The notes under the pieces: model-generated
Databases searched by the model: none
Seen by the model: only the letters and a program-made list of their open reading frames with translations
What the model was told of the DNA's origin: nothing
Made by a program: the position numbers and the translations under genes
Shown here: positions 36,556-45,986 of the stretch, one piece after another
Numbering within the stretch: the stretch's first letter is position 1
Layout of the letters: each line of letters begins with the position of its first letter
Sequence record: OP079919.1
Length of the DNA stretch: 64,000 nucleotides
Direction: 5' to 3' (one strand)
Origin: Klebsiella phage KPN8

Positions 36556-38142
36556 GTGGAATTTAAACTCAGTTTAAAACAGAGTGGGAAAAGTCCATTT
36601 GCTGGAGTTATTGCGCAATATGGCGAAAGCATTATCGAGTTCAAAGGCAGTGGCAGATTAAATTGTGGTACGATTTACGATGATCTTTTCTTTTCTTTTA
36701 ACGAATACGTCGGGCATTTAGAAGAAAAGAATAAGGCCCGTTTATGGGAACTAATGGTTGCGGGTAAGACCATTTTGGACCCTTCTTATTTCGACATTGA
36801 TAACGTCGACGAAGAACTGATGTTGAACAACCGGGATTATAATTTCCTCGTTAAGAAACTCAAACCCATCGTCGCTGAAATCTTCGATGTGTTGAAAATG
36901 AAGAACTATGAGTACTTCATGGAACAGTCCGGGTATATCGATCCACCTAAAGATCTTACCTCGATGTCTGGTCTTGGGGAGTATCCCGCTGAGACAACTA
37001 TCACCGCCGAAGATTATCGTAATCTGGCAGCGTTGGTTTTAGGTTTACGCGGCCCACTGCCCATCATCACCGAGATGATTTATAAAGTCGAGAGCATCGC
37101 CGGTAAAGCATATAAGGAAGTCGTAGCTGGGGATCTGATAAATGATATCGAGTGGGTCAAGCAACACGTCGGCTGGAATCGTTTAAACGAGTATATTTCT
37201 TTTACTTATAGCGCGAAGGGAAGGGGGCCTAATGGACTGAGAATCGATATTGTCAGTGACGATCGATTCACTACTCATGTCGTCTATAAGGCGTTGTTCG
37301 GGCGTTTATGTTTAAGTCACGTGCCCAGCAAAGATCCACGAAAGAATTTGGTTAAATCGCTTTATTCCATCGTCAACCAATCCGACAAAGTTCCTAGTAG
37401 TGTAAGGGAAAAGAAAGGAGGGGGTAAAGACGAGAGTAACGATAGAAGGAGTTCTTACGAGATCTATCAGTTACGAGAAGAAGTGAACGCAACCGATGAA
37501 GCGGCTGTGGCCGAGTTCTTTACGTTCGGTATGTTTGATGAAGATGACAATCCGATTTATAAAGATCGATTCGTACATCAGTGTAACGGTTTGAACATAG
37601 CTGATCCTAACAAAGCAGAAATTCTACATGATCTTCTGCCGGATAACTGGGATTATGAACCGAGACAGCATATCGTTAAATTGTGTCAGATGGCTTTCTC
37701 TGACGACATTCCTTTTAACATTTATTATGCACTGGATTATCATCAATTGATGTCGGCCATTGTGTTGGCTCAGTTAAAGCTACATCAAATGGGATATCCT
37801 CACCTCGCGGTATTGTTAACGTCAGTTGAGGATCCTGAAGGTGAGCGGATCAACGCAGACGTAATCTTCTCTTTAAACCAAACAGAACGTCAACGTATCG
37901 AATCGTTATGTGATGTAGTTAAAGGAGACGGGGCCACATCAACTAATAACGAAGCAGTATCAGCGGCACTTGAGTTCTTTAAGGAACTCGGCAACAGTGC
38001 ATGGCAGTCAACCATAGAGCTTGGTCTTATCGATGACGATAAAGCTTTAGAAAGTGCACCACGCGGTTTTTTATACGAAGTCAATTTGGATATTCAGATT
38101 AAAGAAGAGTTCATTCGTCTTTATGAAGAAATCAACAGTTAA
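36556..38142 (+). CDS. hypothetical protein (528 aa)
   Basis: GTG start with GGAG RBS 9 nt upstream. No motif recognised. Confidence 0.55.
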   Translation: MEFKLSLKQSGKSPFAGVIAQYGESIIEFKGSGRLNCGTIYDDLFFSFNEYVGHLEEKNKARLWELMVAGKTILDPSYFDIDNVDEELMLNNRDYNFLVKKLKPIVAEIFDVLKMKNYEYFMEQSGYIDPPKDLTSMSGLGEYPAETTITAEDYRNLAALVLGLRGPLPIITEMIYKVESIAGKAYKEVVAGDLINDIEWVKQHVGWNRLNEYISFTYSAKGRGPNGLRIDIVSDDRFTTHVVYKALFGRLCLSHVPSKDPRKNLVKSLYSIVNQSDKVPSSVREKKGGGKDESNDRRSSYEIYQLREEVNATDEAAVAEFFTFGMFDEDDNPIYKDRFVHQCNGLNIADPNKAEILHDLLPDNWDYEPRQHIVKLCQMAFSDDIPFNIYYALDYHQLMSAIVLAQLKLHQMGYPHLAVLLTSVEDPEGERINADVIFSLNQTERQRIESLCDVVKGDGATSTNNEAVSAALEFFKELGNSAWQSTIELGLIDDDKALESAPRGFLYEVNLDIQIKEEFIRLYEEINS

Positions 38143-38175
38143 CATCCCCCATTAATCTTTTTAGGAATAATCATC

Positions 38176-39648
38176 ATGTCTACTGAAGGCAAAATCTATC
38201 TGGTCCGTGCGCGTTTTGGTTTGGCAAACATCTATCAAAATCAGGTAAACAGAACACAGAGCATGAGCATCAACTCCCAAGATGTCGATCTGCTCAACGT
38301 TTCAAAAATTAATGGTCGGGTCAGTCAGAACACATTGCACGAAATCGGCGTGCGGACAGGTGGAGTGTCCACTCAAGCCGACGGTTACGCGTTTATCGAA
38401 GATGGCTGGGACGCACCCCGTCGTGGGCTGGCGATGCTTGAATTCGAAATTGAATCAGCAATGAACGTCGAAGAAAAACTTCATATCCTCGGTTATCTGG
38501 CCGGCGGCAGTCCGTCTATTGATGAAGGCATTCCAGAAGACGTTATGTTTGTGCCGGTGCGTAATTGGGTGGTTAACAAAACCATGCAAATGATGCATAC
38601 CGGTCTGATGAAGTCCACAAGTAATTTGACAAGTGCGTCTCAGGTCCTTTTAAACAACCCGATGGCTTCAGGTGGCTCGTTCGCTATTCGTCCTCTGGAT
38701 ATTGTTGACGGTGCCTCAGGTATGGTTGCTGATGACGTCCAGGACCAATCGATGAATGGCGGGATGGAATCCCAGTATGTCGGAACCAGTAACTCCATCC
38801 TTCAGCATACTGGCGCTGCTTACTCTAAAGCCAAAAACCAATCTCCGGGGGAATATGCGAAACAATTGCTCAAGTCGAGTTTACGAGCCGGGTCCTCTAT
38901 GGAGACTTCTCGTGATCCGTATGGATCCATGGGTGATGCGTGCATGGACCCTGGTCTGAGCGAGACGGCCCTGCATCGAGACCCGTTCTTTAAAACCATG
39001 CGTCATGCGTTAGGTATGGGTCAGATGCAAGGATTCCAAGGTTTCTCCGTGGGTCAGATTGCATACGTCTTTGAGAATCTTCCTGACGTTATGGATATCA
39101 ATGCGTGTGACGGAGATCGTTTCCAGATAGAAGATCATCGCTTGACGACGAATGAGTTGGGTTCGTCTAACTATAACGAAATCATCGGTAATGAGTTGAG
39201 TAGCCTGGCGCAGTACATTCTCGTTGAATCAGAGTTGGGTTACCTGGACATCGCGGCAACTAACAATGTCCAGAATTCCGTCGATAACGTCAATGGAATG
39301 CCGGTAGGTTTCGTTGTAGGCGAATGTGGTCTGCTGGTTGACGGACTGGAAGGTTCTTTGGAGGAACGTGTCGAGAAAGCAAAAGAGCTCTTCTTGAGCC
39401 ATTTCTTCTTGAAGTACGCTACTCCGTATCTGCACGACCGTACTTTGATCAGCTTCCGTATGACGATGCGTCTCTTCGGCGAAACCGTTATCGAGATCTT
39501 CACCAATGGCGATGAAAGCAACAAACGCCGTATCGCTTTCCCGACCTTCTCGACTAACCGGACCGATCTGACTCTGGCGTCTATGGAATCTGCGGTTAAT
39601 ACCGGCACGACTTTCTTCCGTAACCTGAAAGACTATTTTAACTTTTAA
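38176..39648 (+). CDS. hypothetical protein (490 aa)
   Basis: Long ORF. No motif recognised. Confidence 0.55.
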   Translation: MSTEGKIYLVRARFGLANIYQNQVNRTQSMSINSQDVDLLNVSKINGRVSQNTLHEIGVRTGGVSTQADGYAFIEDGWDAPRRGLAMLEFEIESAMNVEEKLHILGYLAGGSPSIDEGIPEDVMFVPVRNWVVNKTMQMMHTGLMKSTSNLTSASQVLLNNPMASGGSFAIRPLDIVDGASGMVADDVQDQSMNGGMESQYVGTSNSILQHTGAAYSKAKNQSPGEYAKQLLKSSLRAGSSMETSRDPYGSMGDACMDPGLSETALHRDPFFKTMRHALGMGQMQGFQGFSVGQIAYVFENLPDVMDINACDGDRFQIEDHRLTTNELGSSNYNEIIGNELSSLAQYILVESELGYLDIAATNNVQNSVDNVNGMPVGFVVGECGLLVDGLEGSLEERVEKAKELFLSHFFLKYATPYLHDRTLISFRMTMRLFGETVIEIFTNGDESNKRRIAFPTFSTNRTDLTLASMESAVNTGTTFFRNLKDYFNF

Positions 39649-39663
39649 TAGGAACGTTTAATA

Positions 39664-41055
39664 ATGAATAACCTGAACAAACTTTATCTGTCCATGCTGG
39701 AAGCTTGGGGTGCTAAAATGGAACCCGATCATAGTCTGGTTATGGTTCTGGATGGAGAGAAGTACCCTATTAAGGTTGATGGAATGAATGTCTATCTCCC
39801 GGTAGACACTGTTCTGGATGGTAACACCATGGATAAAGTTTTCTTCCATCCGGCCTGCGAAAGCATTATCAGCCGCGAAACAGAGATCTTTAAAGTCATT
39901 CGTAAACTGACCGGCATGAAGCTTCTGGATACCTTTAAAAAGCTCCCCCTGGTTCTGTTCAATATCGCGTCAAAACGTTCCAACAAAAATCTGCGCAGTG
40001 ATCTGGTTGATATCATCGATCCGTTACGCGACGTCAAAGAAGCAACGCGTAAAGAAGTAATGAATCTGTTTGAACAAATGCGTGTCGATCTCGAAGAGAA
40101 CGCAACTGTCGACAATCGTTTCATCCACTTCCAAACAACACGCGGCGGCCGTAGCAAAGTAGGCGGGGAAAAGATCTGTTATAAAGCTAAACCTATTTTC
40201 CCGTTCTATTCGGAAATGGCGAAAAAGCTGAATCGCAGTGAAGGTCTTCCGGATAACCAATCTGTTGATGTTAACGGATGTCAGATTAGTGTGGGCGGGC
40301 TCCGAATCGCAGTGGGTATCTTTAAAGCGGTGTTCCCGGAAATCGATACGCCGGACTTCTACGAGTTCGAATATCATCATCCGGACGCCGCTCGACTCTG
40401 CGCGTTCTCTGGGGCGTATGTCAACGTGGCTGAATCCATCAACTCTCTGCAGAACTCGTTCCGTACTGAGTTCGATAAGGTTGGAGTGTATGGGTTGGAA
40501 GTGGGCTTCTTTGAGAAGATGGATAATATCTCCGAATTCTACAAACAAGTTCCTGCCATGAACTATAACTCCCAGAATACAGTGGCGGATAGTTCATCAG
40601 GTAAATCACATTTGATCGACCAGGTGATCAACACTCAGTCAGTGATTAACCAGAATCAGCCGCAGCAGAACCCCCAACAACATATCGGTGGTGACAGCAA
40701 CAACGGTTTCCGTTCCGTTGTAGAAGCCAGCATGCAGCCTGGTGAAGTTTATCAGGGTTGGTATTACGACCAGAACACGTCGTTCTATATCCACACAACG
40801 ATGTCTACTGCCGGTCAGGTAAGCTATCGGATAACTCGCGCCGGTAACTTACTCAGCCGAGAATATAACGGGGTACCTCAGCAGCAAGGGATGTATCAGG
40901 GCTATGGTCAGTATTATCAACAGCAGTACATGCAACCTATCGCTTACGCTAACGTGGGCGCGCCTCAGCAGCAGCAGTATGTGATGGCGACTCCTCAGAT
41001 GCAGCAGTCTGTTGTTAACACTGGTTATCAACAGCCGTCCATTCTGACTTTCTAA
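39664..41055 (+). CDS. hypothetical protein (463 aa) with Q/N/Y-rich low-complexity C-terminal region
   Basis: C-terminal 150 aa are rich in Q, Y, G and N (QNQPQQNPQQH..., QQQGMYQGYGQYYQQQYMQP..., QQQQYVMATPQMQQ), resembling a prion-like domain. Confidence 0.55.
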   Translation: MNNLNKLYLSMLEAWGAKMEPDHSLVMVLDGEKYPIKVDGMNVYLPVDTVLDGNTMDKVFFHPACESIISRETEIFKVIRKLTGMKLLDTFKKLPLVLFNIASKRSNKNLRSDLVDIIDPLRDVKEATRKEVMNLFEQMRVDLEENATVDNRFIHFQTTRGGRSKVGGEKICYKAKPIFPFYSEMAKKLNRSEGLPDNQSVDVNGCQISVGGLRIAVGIFKAVFPEIDTPDFYEFEYHHPDAARLCAFSGAYVNVAESINSLQNSFRTEFDKVGVYGLEVGFFEKMDNISEFYKQVPAMNYNSQNTVADSSSGKSHLIDQVINTQSVINQNQPQQNPQQHIGGDSNNGFRSVVEASMQPGEVYQGWYYDQNTSFYIHTTMSTAGQVSYRITRAGNLLSREYNGVPQQQGMYQGYGQYYQQQYMQPIAYANVGAPQQQQYVMATPQMQQSVVNTGYQQPSILTF

Positions 41056-41065
41056 CTTAACCTGT

Positions 41066-41101
41066 GTAGTGAATGGGGAAATCCCCATTCACTATTTTTT
41101 T
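41066..41101 (+). terminator. Rho-independent terminator (TAGTGAATGGGG-aaat-CCCCATTCACTA + T8)
   Basis: 12-bp perfect stem, tetraloop and an 8-nt T-run right after the 39664..41055 stop. Confidence 0.65.
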
Positions 41102-41111
41102 GGGATAAAAT

Positions 41112-41462
41112 ATGCGAGCCGTCGTTTTAACTAAAGATTATTTGCTTTACTGGGAAAAACAAAACCGCATTACGGTCAGAAATATTGTAAATCTCCTCAA
41201 CGTTAAACCAGTTTACGGGGAACTTTTATCTGATCTTCATGCCAGAGTGGATTCAGAAAGACTCACCGTTGAATTTCGTAACGTCGTGGCGAAGTTTGAA
41301 AGATTTAAACTAACCCCCCAATTGAATATTGAAGCGGACGTTTCTTTCATGGGAAGCTTAAAAGAAAACACGCCTCCCTCCTCCGACGTGGTTTACCACG
41401 CCAGAGGATTTTTAATGGGAGACCGTTTAAATGTTGTTGCTATTGACGTTTCGTTGAAATAA
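41112..41462 (+). CDS. small hypothetical protein (116 aa)
   Basis: ORF immediately after the terminator. Confidence 0.45.
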   Translation: MRAVVLTKDYLLYWEKQNRITVRNIVNLLNVKPVYGELLSDLHARVDSERLTVEFRNVVAKFERFKLTPQLNIEADVSFMGSLKENTPPSSDVVYHARGFLMGDRLNVVAIDVSLK

Positions 41463-41496
41463 ATTAAAACTGCGCATTGTATCTTAAGCGACTATG

Positions 41497-41820
41497 CTAA
41501 CTTAACCTCTGAGTATTTGCTTTAGAGATCAAGTTATCGACGATCTGCTGGTCGACATAAAGAAACGTGGTCATTCCACTAACATCTTGACTTGGATCCG
41601 TGATTTTATTTAAAAAACAAGTTATCCATCTCATTTCAATGGGTATATTGTGTGCTCTCAAAACACGACTAAAATCGTACTTGTGTGCATTAAGAAAACT
41701 TCTATCGGAGATAACCTGGGTCTTAGCCATGGAAGTTAAATAATCAATGTTGCTGCGTAATAAGACCTTGGTATCCTCGGAGAAGTAAACGTCATCAACG
41801 GTGACAAAATTACTGAACAT
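41497..41820 (-). CDS. small hypothetical protein (107 aa), lone reverse-strand gene
   Basis: ORF on the opposite strand between + strand genes. No nuclease motif recognised. Confidence 0.4.
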   Translation of the reverse strand: MFSNFVTVDDVYFSEDTKVLLRSNIDYLTSMAKTQVISDRSFLNAHKYDFSRVLRAHNIPIEMRWITCFLNKITDPSQDVSGMTTFLYVDQQIVDNLISKANTQRLS

Positions 41821-41895
41821 AAGCTAACTCCTTTAAGACCTATATCATCGCGATGTACCACAACTTTAGGAATAACAACGATAGAGGCACATTTC

Positions 41896-44007
41896 ATGGC
41901 AGAAAAATTTGTCTATAAGAAACCCATAAACCAGCTTAAACCAGAGTTGATGTCTATCAATATTAACTTGAACTCATTTCCCTGGTCGGTTTCATCGTCA
42001 CGTCAATATATGTTGGGTGGTAACGTAGCTAAAGCAGTTTCCATACAAGGGGCGTCGACAAGACGCAACCCTACCGGCTTCGAACCAGAATATGCTAAGT
42101 ATGCTCGTAAAGTCGTAGCGCCGTCAAACATGACTGTAGAGAGAACATTTTATCAGCGATCTCTTCAACCCGGTAGCAATCTTGCAGATGATTGGGCGGA
42201 GATCCACGTTATCTTCTTTAATGAAGAACACCAGCTTTATGATCTCTTGACTATTCCACGATTTAATACGCAGAATACTTACGTTGGGTTTGAGTACAAA
42301 CTTAACAAGGATAACCTTCGTAAACTCAGTACAGAATCACCGACCTTTAAGAAAGGCGATGTGTTTGCGTATTCTCCAAATATCAGCGATACTGGAGAGT
42401 GGATGTTTGGTACTGAGGCGATGGTTTGTGGGATGACCGCACCTTATACCGAAGAAGACGGCATTGCGATCACTGAGAGCTTTGCTCGTAAGCTGACCAG
42501 CATCTTCCAGCATTCTCGTAAGTTCTCCTGGAACGAAGCAGAGTACGTACCGCTGAATCTTTATGGAACATTAGATTCTCCACGGCCTTTCCCTGAGAAC
42601 GGAGAAAGTGTTCGTAGCGACGGCATCGTCATGGGTTTCCGTAGACGTGACACTTCGAGCGCTCTGGTGGGGTTAACCAAAAAAGCACTCATGCGTCCTG
42701 ATCAAACTTATGATATTCTTTTCTACGCACCTAAAGATTGCGTTGTTAAAAATATCTCGGTCAAGTCAGATCGCTATAAGAACGTTTCCAATAACAAACG
42801 TCAGGAGAAGATTACTCAGCCCCACACTCAGTTGCTGGAACGTTATGAACAGCGCTCTAACCAAATGGCGTTTGAGGTCCAGGAGTGGTATTACCGGATG
42901 GATGCGAAGTTTAAAGATTCCGATCTTCCTTTCACCCATGCGCTCCAAGAGTTCATCTCTAAACAGTTAGGCGACGTCACTAAAAACTTCGCTACCGGCA
43001 AGTATAACCAGGTCAAGCGAACCCACCGCAATAAGGCGCTTTTGGATTGGAACGTCGAGATTACTTTAAAGGAAAGAGTCACTGCGCGTAAACGTTTTAA
43101 AATTACCGACACTCAAGGTGCAAAAGGCGTAATCGTTCACATTATACCCGATGCTAACGCACCTCGATATGCCGATGGACGTCGATCAGAAGTCATTATT
43201 AACAATACTCCTGCTTTTAGACGCCAGATCTTTTCGGCGTTAATAGAAGCTGGGGTTAACTTAATAGGTCTGGAGATCGAAAACAGGATCAGGGTTCTCG
43301 TTGCTCAAAATGGAGGGTATAAGAAAGCTTATCAGGAGCTCATTAAGTTTTATCGTTCTACCGCTCCGGAGTTCGCTGATATCGTTGATGCCGCTCTCCC
43401 CACGGAAGAAGAACAATTCGATCACGTTGACTTTGTGTTGAGTGATAAGATCTGCGTTCAACGTCGAAGCGACGCCCAGCTGTATGGCGCCGATATTCTG
43501 AGATTGATGCGCGAGACCTATCCGGATATCAGACCTCAAAAGGCAATTTACATTAACGAGCTCGGTCAGGAAATCACCACCATGTTCCCTGTCAGTATCA
43601 GCAGCATGTATTACATCCTGCTTGATAAGTTCGGTAACGATATGAGTTGTCAGTCATTCCCTAAACGTAACGTGTACGGCCTGCCGTCTAAGTTGAACCA
43701 TGGCGATCGTTATAGGGATTGGCACCGTGCTCAACCAGGCCGTAATATGGGCGAGGCAGAATCACGTCAGAAGAATACTCAGATGGGGGGAGAAGAAGTT
43801 GTAAGGCAGTTAGCTGCAGCTAACTCCCCTTACGTTTGTATCATGATGACGAAGCGTATTATTCGGGCTAATAACCCGTTTCGAATTAAAACCATTATTA
43901 AACCTGAAGAGTATGCGATGAGCCGATCTTTGGGAATGACGATGAATTTACTTAACGACGCGGGTTATACTTTACGTAAGGAAAAAGACAGTGATCTTAC
44001 TTCGTGA
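41896..44007 (+). CDS. multisubunit RNA polymerase beta subunit, C-terminal fragment
   Basis: TDTQGAKGVIVHIIPDANAPRYADGRRSEVIINNTPAFRRQ aligns by eye with beta region GNKGVVSKI..EDMP...G.PVDIVLNPLGVPSRMN. NTQMGGEEVVRQLAAANSPYV resembles [20 protein letters not shown]. Confidence 0.6.
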   Translation: MAEKFVYKKPINQLKPELMSININLNSFPWSVSSSRQYMLGGNVAKAVSIQGASTRRNPTGFEPEYAKYARKVVAPSNMTVERTFYQRSLQPGSNLADDWAEIHVIFFNEEHQLYDLLTIPRFNTQNTYVGFEYKLNKDNLRKLSTESPTFKKGDVFAYSPNISDTGEWMFGTEAMVCGMTAPYTEEDGIAITESFARKLTSIFQHSRKFSWNEAEYVPLNLYGTLDSPRPFPENGESVRSDGIVMGFRRRDTSSALVGLTKKALMRPDQTYDILFYAPKDCVVKNISVKSDRYKNVSNNKRQEKITQPHTQLLERYEQRSNQMAFEVQEWYYRMDAKFKDSDLPFTHALQEFISKQLGDVTKNFATGKYNQVKRTHRNKALLDWNVEITLKERVTARKRFKITDTQGAKGVIVHIIPDANAPRYADGRRSEVIINNTPAFRRQIFSALIEAGVNLIGLEIENRIRVLVAQNGGYKKAYQELIKFYRSTAPEFADIVDAALPTEEEQFDHVDFVLSDKICVQRRSDAQLYGADILRLMRETYPDIRPQKAIYINELGQEITTMFPVSISSMYYILLDKFGNDMSCQSFPKRNVYGLPSKLNHGDRYRDWHRAQPGRNMGEAESRQKNTQMGGEEVVRQLAAANSPYVCIMMTKRIIRANNPFRIKTIIKPEEYAMSRSLGMTMNLLNDAGYTLRKEKDSDLTS

Positions 44008-45970
44008 TTATGCGAATCTGACCGAACGAGAGCTCCTGACCAAATGGTGGAAGAATCGTGTTAAAGTTGTGGTTAAGGATGACCACGGTGAAACACTAGA
44101 AACCGATTCTTACGTGTTGATGGTGAATTGGTACGGATTATCGATTCACCGAGCCTATAACAAAATCCCTTATTCCATACAAGAGATATTCCAAGCCAAA
44201 GTTTGGAATGATAAAACAATACAGCGGCCCATTAACTGGTTCCTCCAAAATCAGTTGATGCCGTTAATTGACGATCCGGTTGAAACTGATCGGATCAAGC
44301 AAATGATCTACGAGTGGCAGATCAAACTTAATAACTTCCTGCATTTCTTTGGACAGGGTGCTGAGATATCGGCATTGGGGTACGATATACTCGACGTCAT
44401 GGACCATCCTTCGATGAAGAGTATCAAGGAGCGGATCCATTCTCTCGAAATAACCATCGATGAAGGGGAGGCGGAATTTAAATCGCTTATCCTTGAGCAT
44501 GAAGATTTCGATAGCAACACCTTTGCTTTACTCGCTAGGACCGGATCGGTTTCGGTCAATCAGGGCTTCCAAACCGTTATTATCAGGGGATCGGTATTTG
44601 ACCTAAACAACCAGATACTCCCCAATCCTGTAGAAGCATCATTTGCAGATGGTTTGGTTAATTTGGCAGATGCTTTGGGTGAGAGTAAAGCGGCGGGCAA
44701 GAGTCTCATCAGTAACGGCCGCGCATTGGAAGATTCAGAGTGGTTCCATAGGAAATTGCATATTGTGACTTCCGTGGTGACAGATCTGCATCATCAGACT
44801 GATTGCGGGACAACCTTCACAGTACCGATTAAAATTCTTTCCAGGGATATGCTTTCTGCTATGAAGGGCAAGTATATCGTGGAAGAAGGTAAGTTGGTGT
44901 TATTAACCGATCAAACCATTAAACGTTACCATAAGGGCGACGTTATTAATATGAGGTCGGTTAAAGGCTGTCTTACCCATAAGCCTGGTGAACCTTGTGG
45001 GGTGTGTTACGGTAAGATGAAGGCGTCGATACCGTATAACGTCATCATGATGAAATCTGCGAATCCTGGGATGTATTCCGCCACGGCAATTGCAGAACGT
45101 ATTGGTCAGGCTCTTCTTTCGACCAAACACTTCATGAGACACACTCAAACTATTCCGTTCTTTGTTAAGCCAACAGATGCGGATGTGATCTCCTCTGATA
45201 CGAATTACATTTTCTTGAATAAAGAAATGTGTCGTAAAGGAACTAAGGTCATATTGGATGGGTTGATCGGAAGCGAGCTTTCTGACTTCCGAAATCTGGA
45301 ATCTCTGGATGAGATCAATTTCGATCAATTGCGGACATTCCCTTCTGTTGCGTTTGAATATGAAACGGAAGACCCGATGACCGAAGGTATTGCGATCACA
45401 CAACGTAATATCACCACGTCCGTATCCTCTCGTAGTGCAAGGATGTCAAGAGAGTTTATCGAGTACGCCATCGTTAAAGGTTGGGAGAAAGATAAAAAGT
45501 TGATTACGGTCGATCTGTCTGATTATCGTAGTGAGGATCCGTTGTTCTTCCTTCCTTACGTGCATGAGGACCTGGATCAGTATCGCCGTCAAATCGAAGG
45601 ATTCGTCTCTTTCTCCAACCGTAACAACGCTTGGAAGCAAAGGGAGATAACTCCTGAGATCTTCGGGGAAGTATTAGGGGAAATGTGGAGCTTGGTAAAC
45701 CGTAAGTTTGCTGGGATCAACATTATTCACTCCGAGATTATCCTCTACTCCCTGTTAACCAGGGATCCGTTTAACGGATTGTATAGGATACCGAGAGGCG
45801 ACGAGCCCCAGTATTTCTCCGCTTTCACGCATTGCATTAACAATCGAGGAATAGGGACCCTGGCGATTTACCAGAAGCAAAATCAGATACTCGAATCCCC
45901 TGAGACGTATGATATTAAAGAACGTCAAGGAGGCGCCTTTGAGTGTTATCTGGCTCCAGCCGTCCTATAG
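43991..45970 (+). CDS. multisubunit RNA polymerase beta' subunit, C-terminal fragment (start codon uncertain; ORF opens at GTG 43991)
   Basis: [14 protein letters not shown] resembles beta' [22 protein letters not shown] resembles [27 protein letters not shown] resembles IAAQSIGEPGTQLTMRTFH (trigger-loop base). The motifs occur in the same order as in bacterial beta'. Confidence 0.55.
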   Translation: [659 protein letters not shown]

Positions 45971-45986
45971 ACAATAGGAGTTAACC

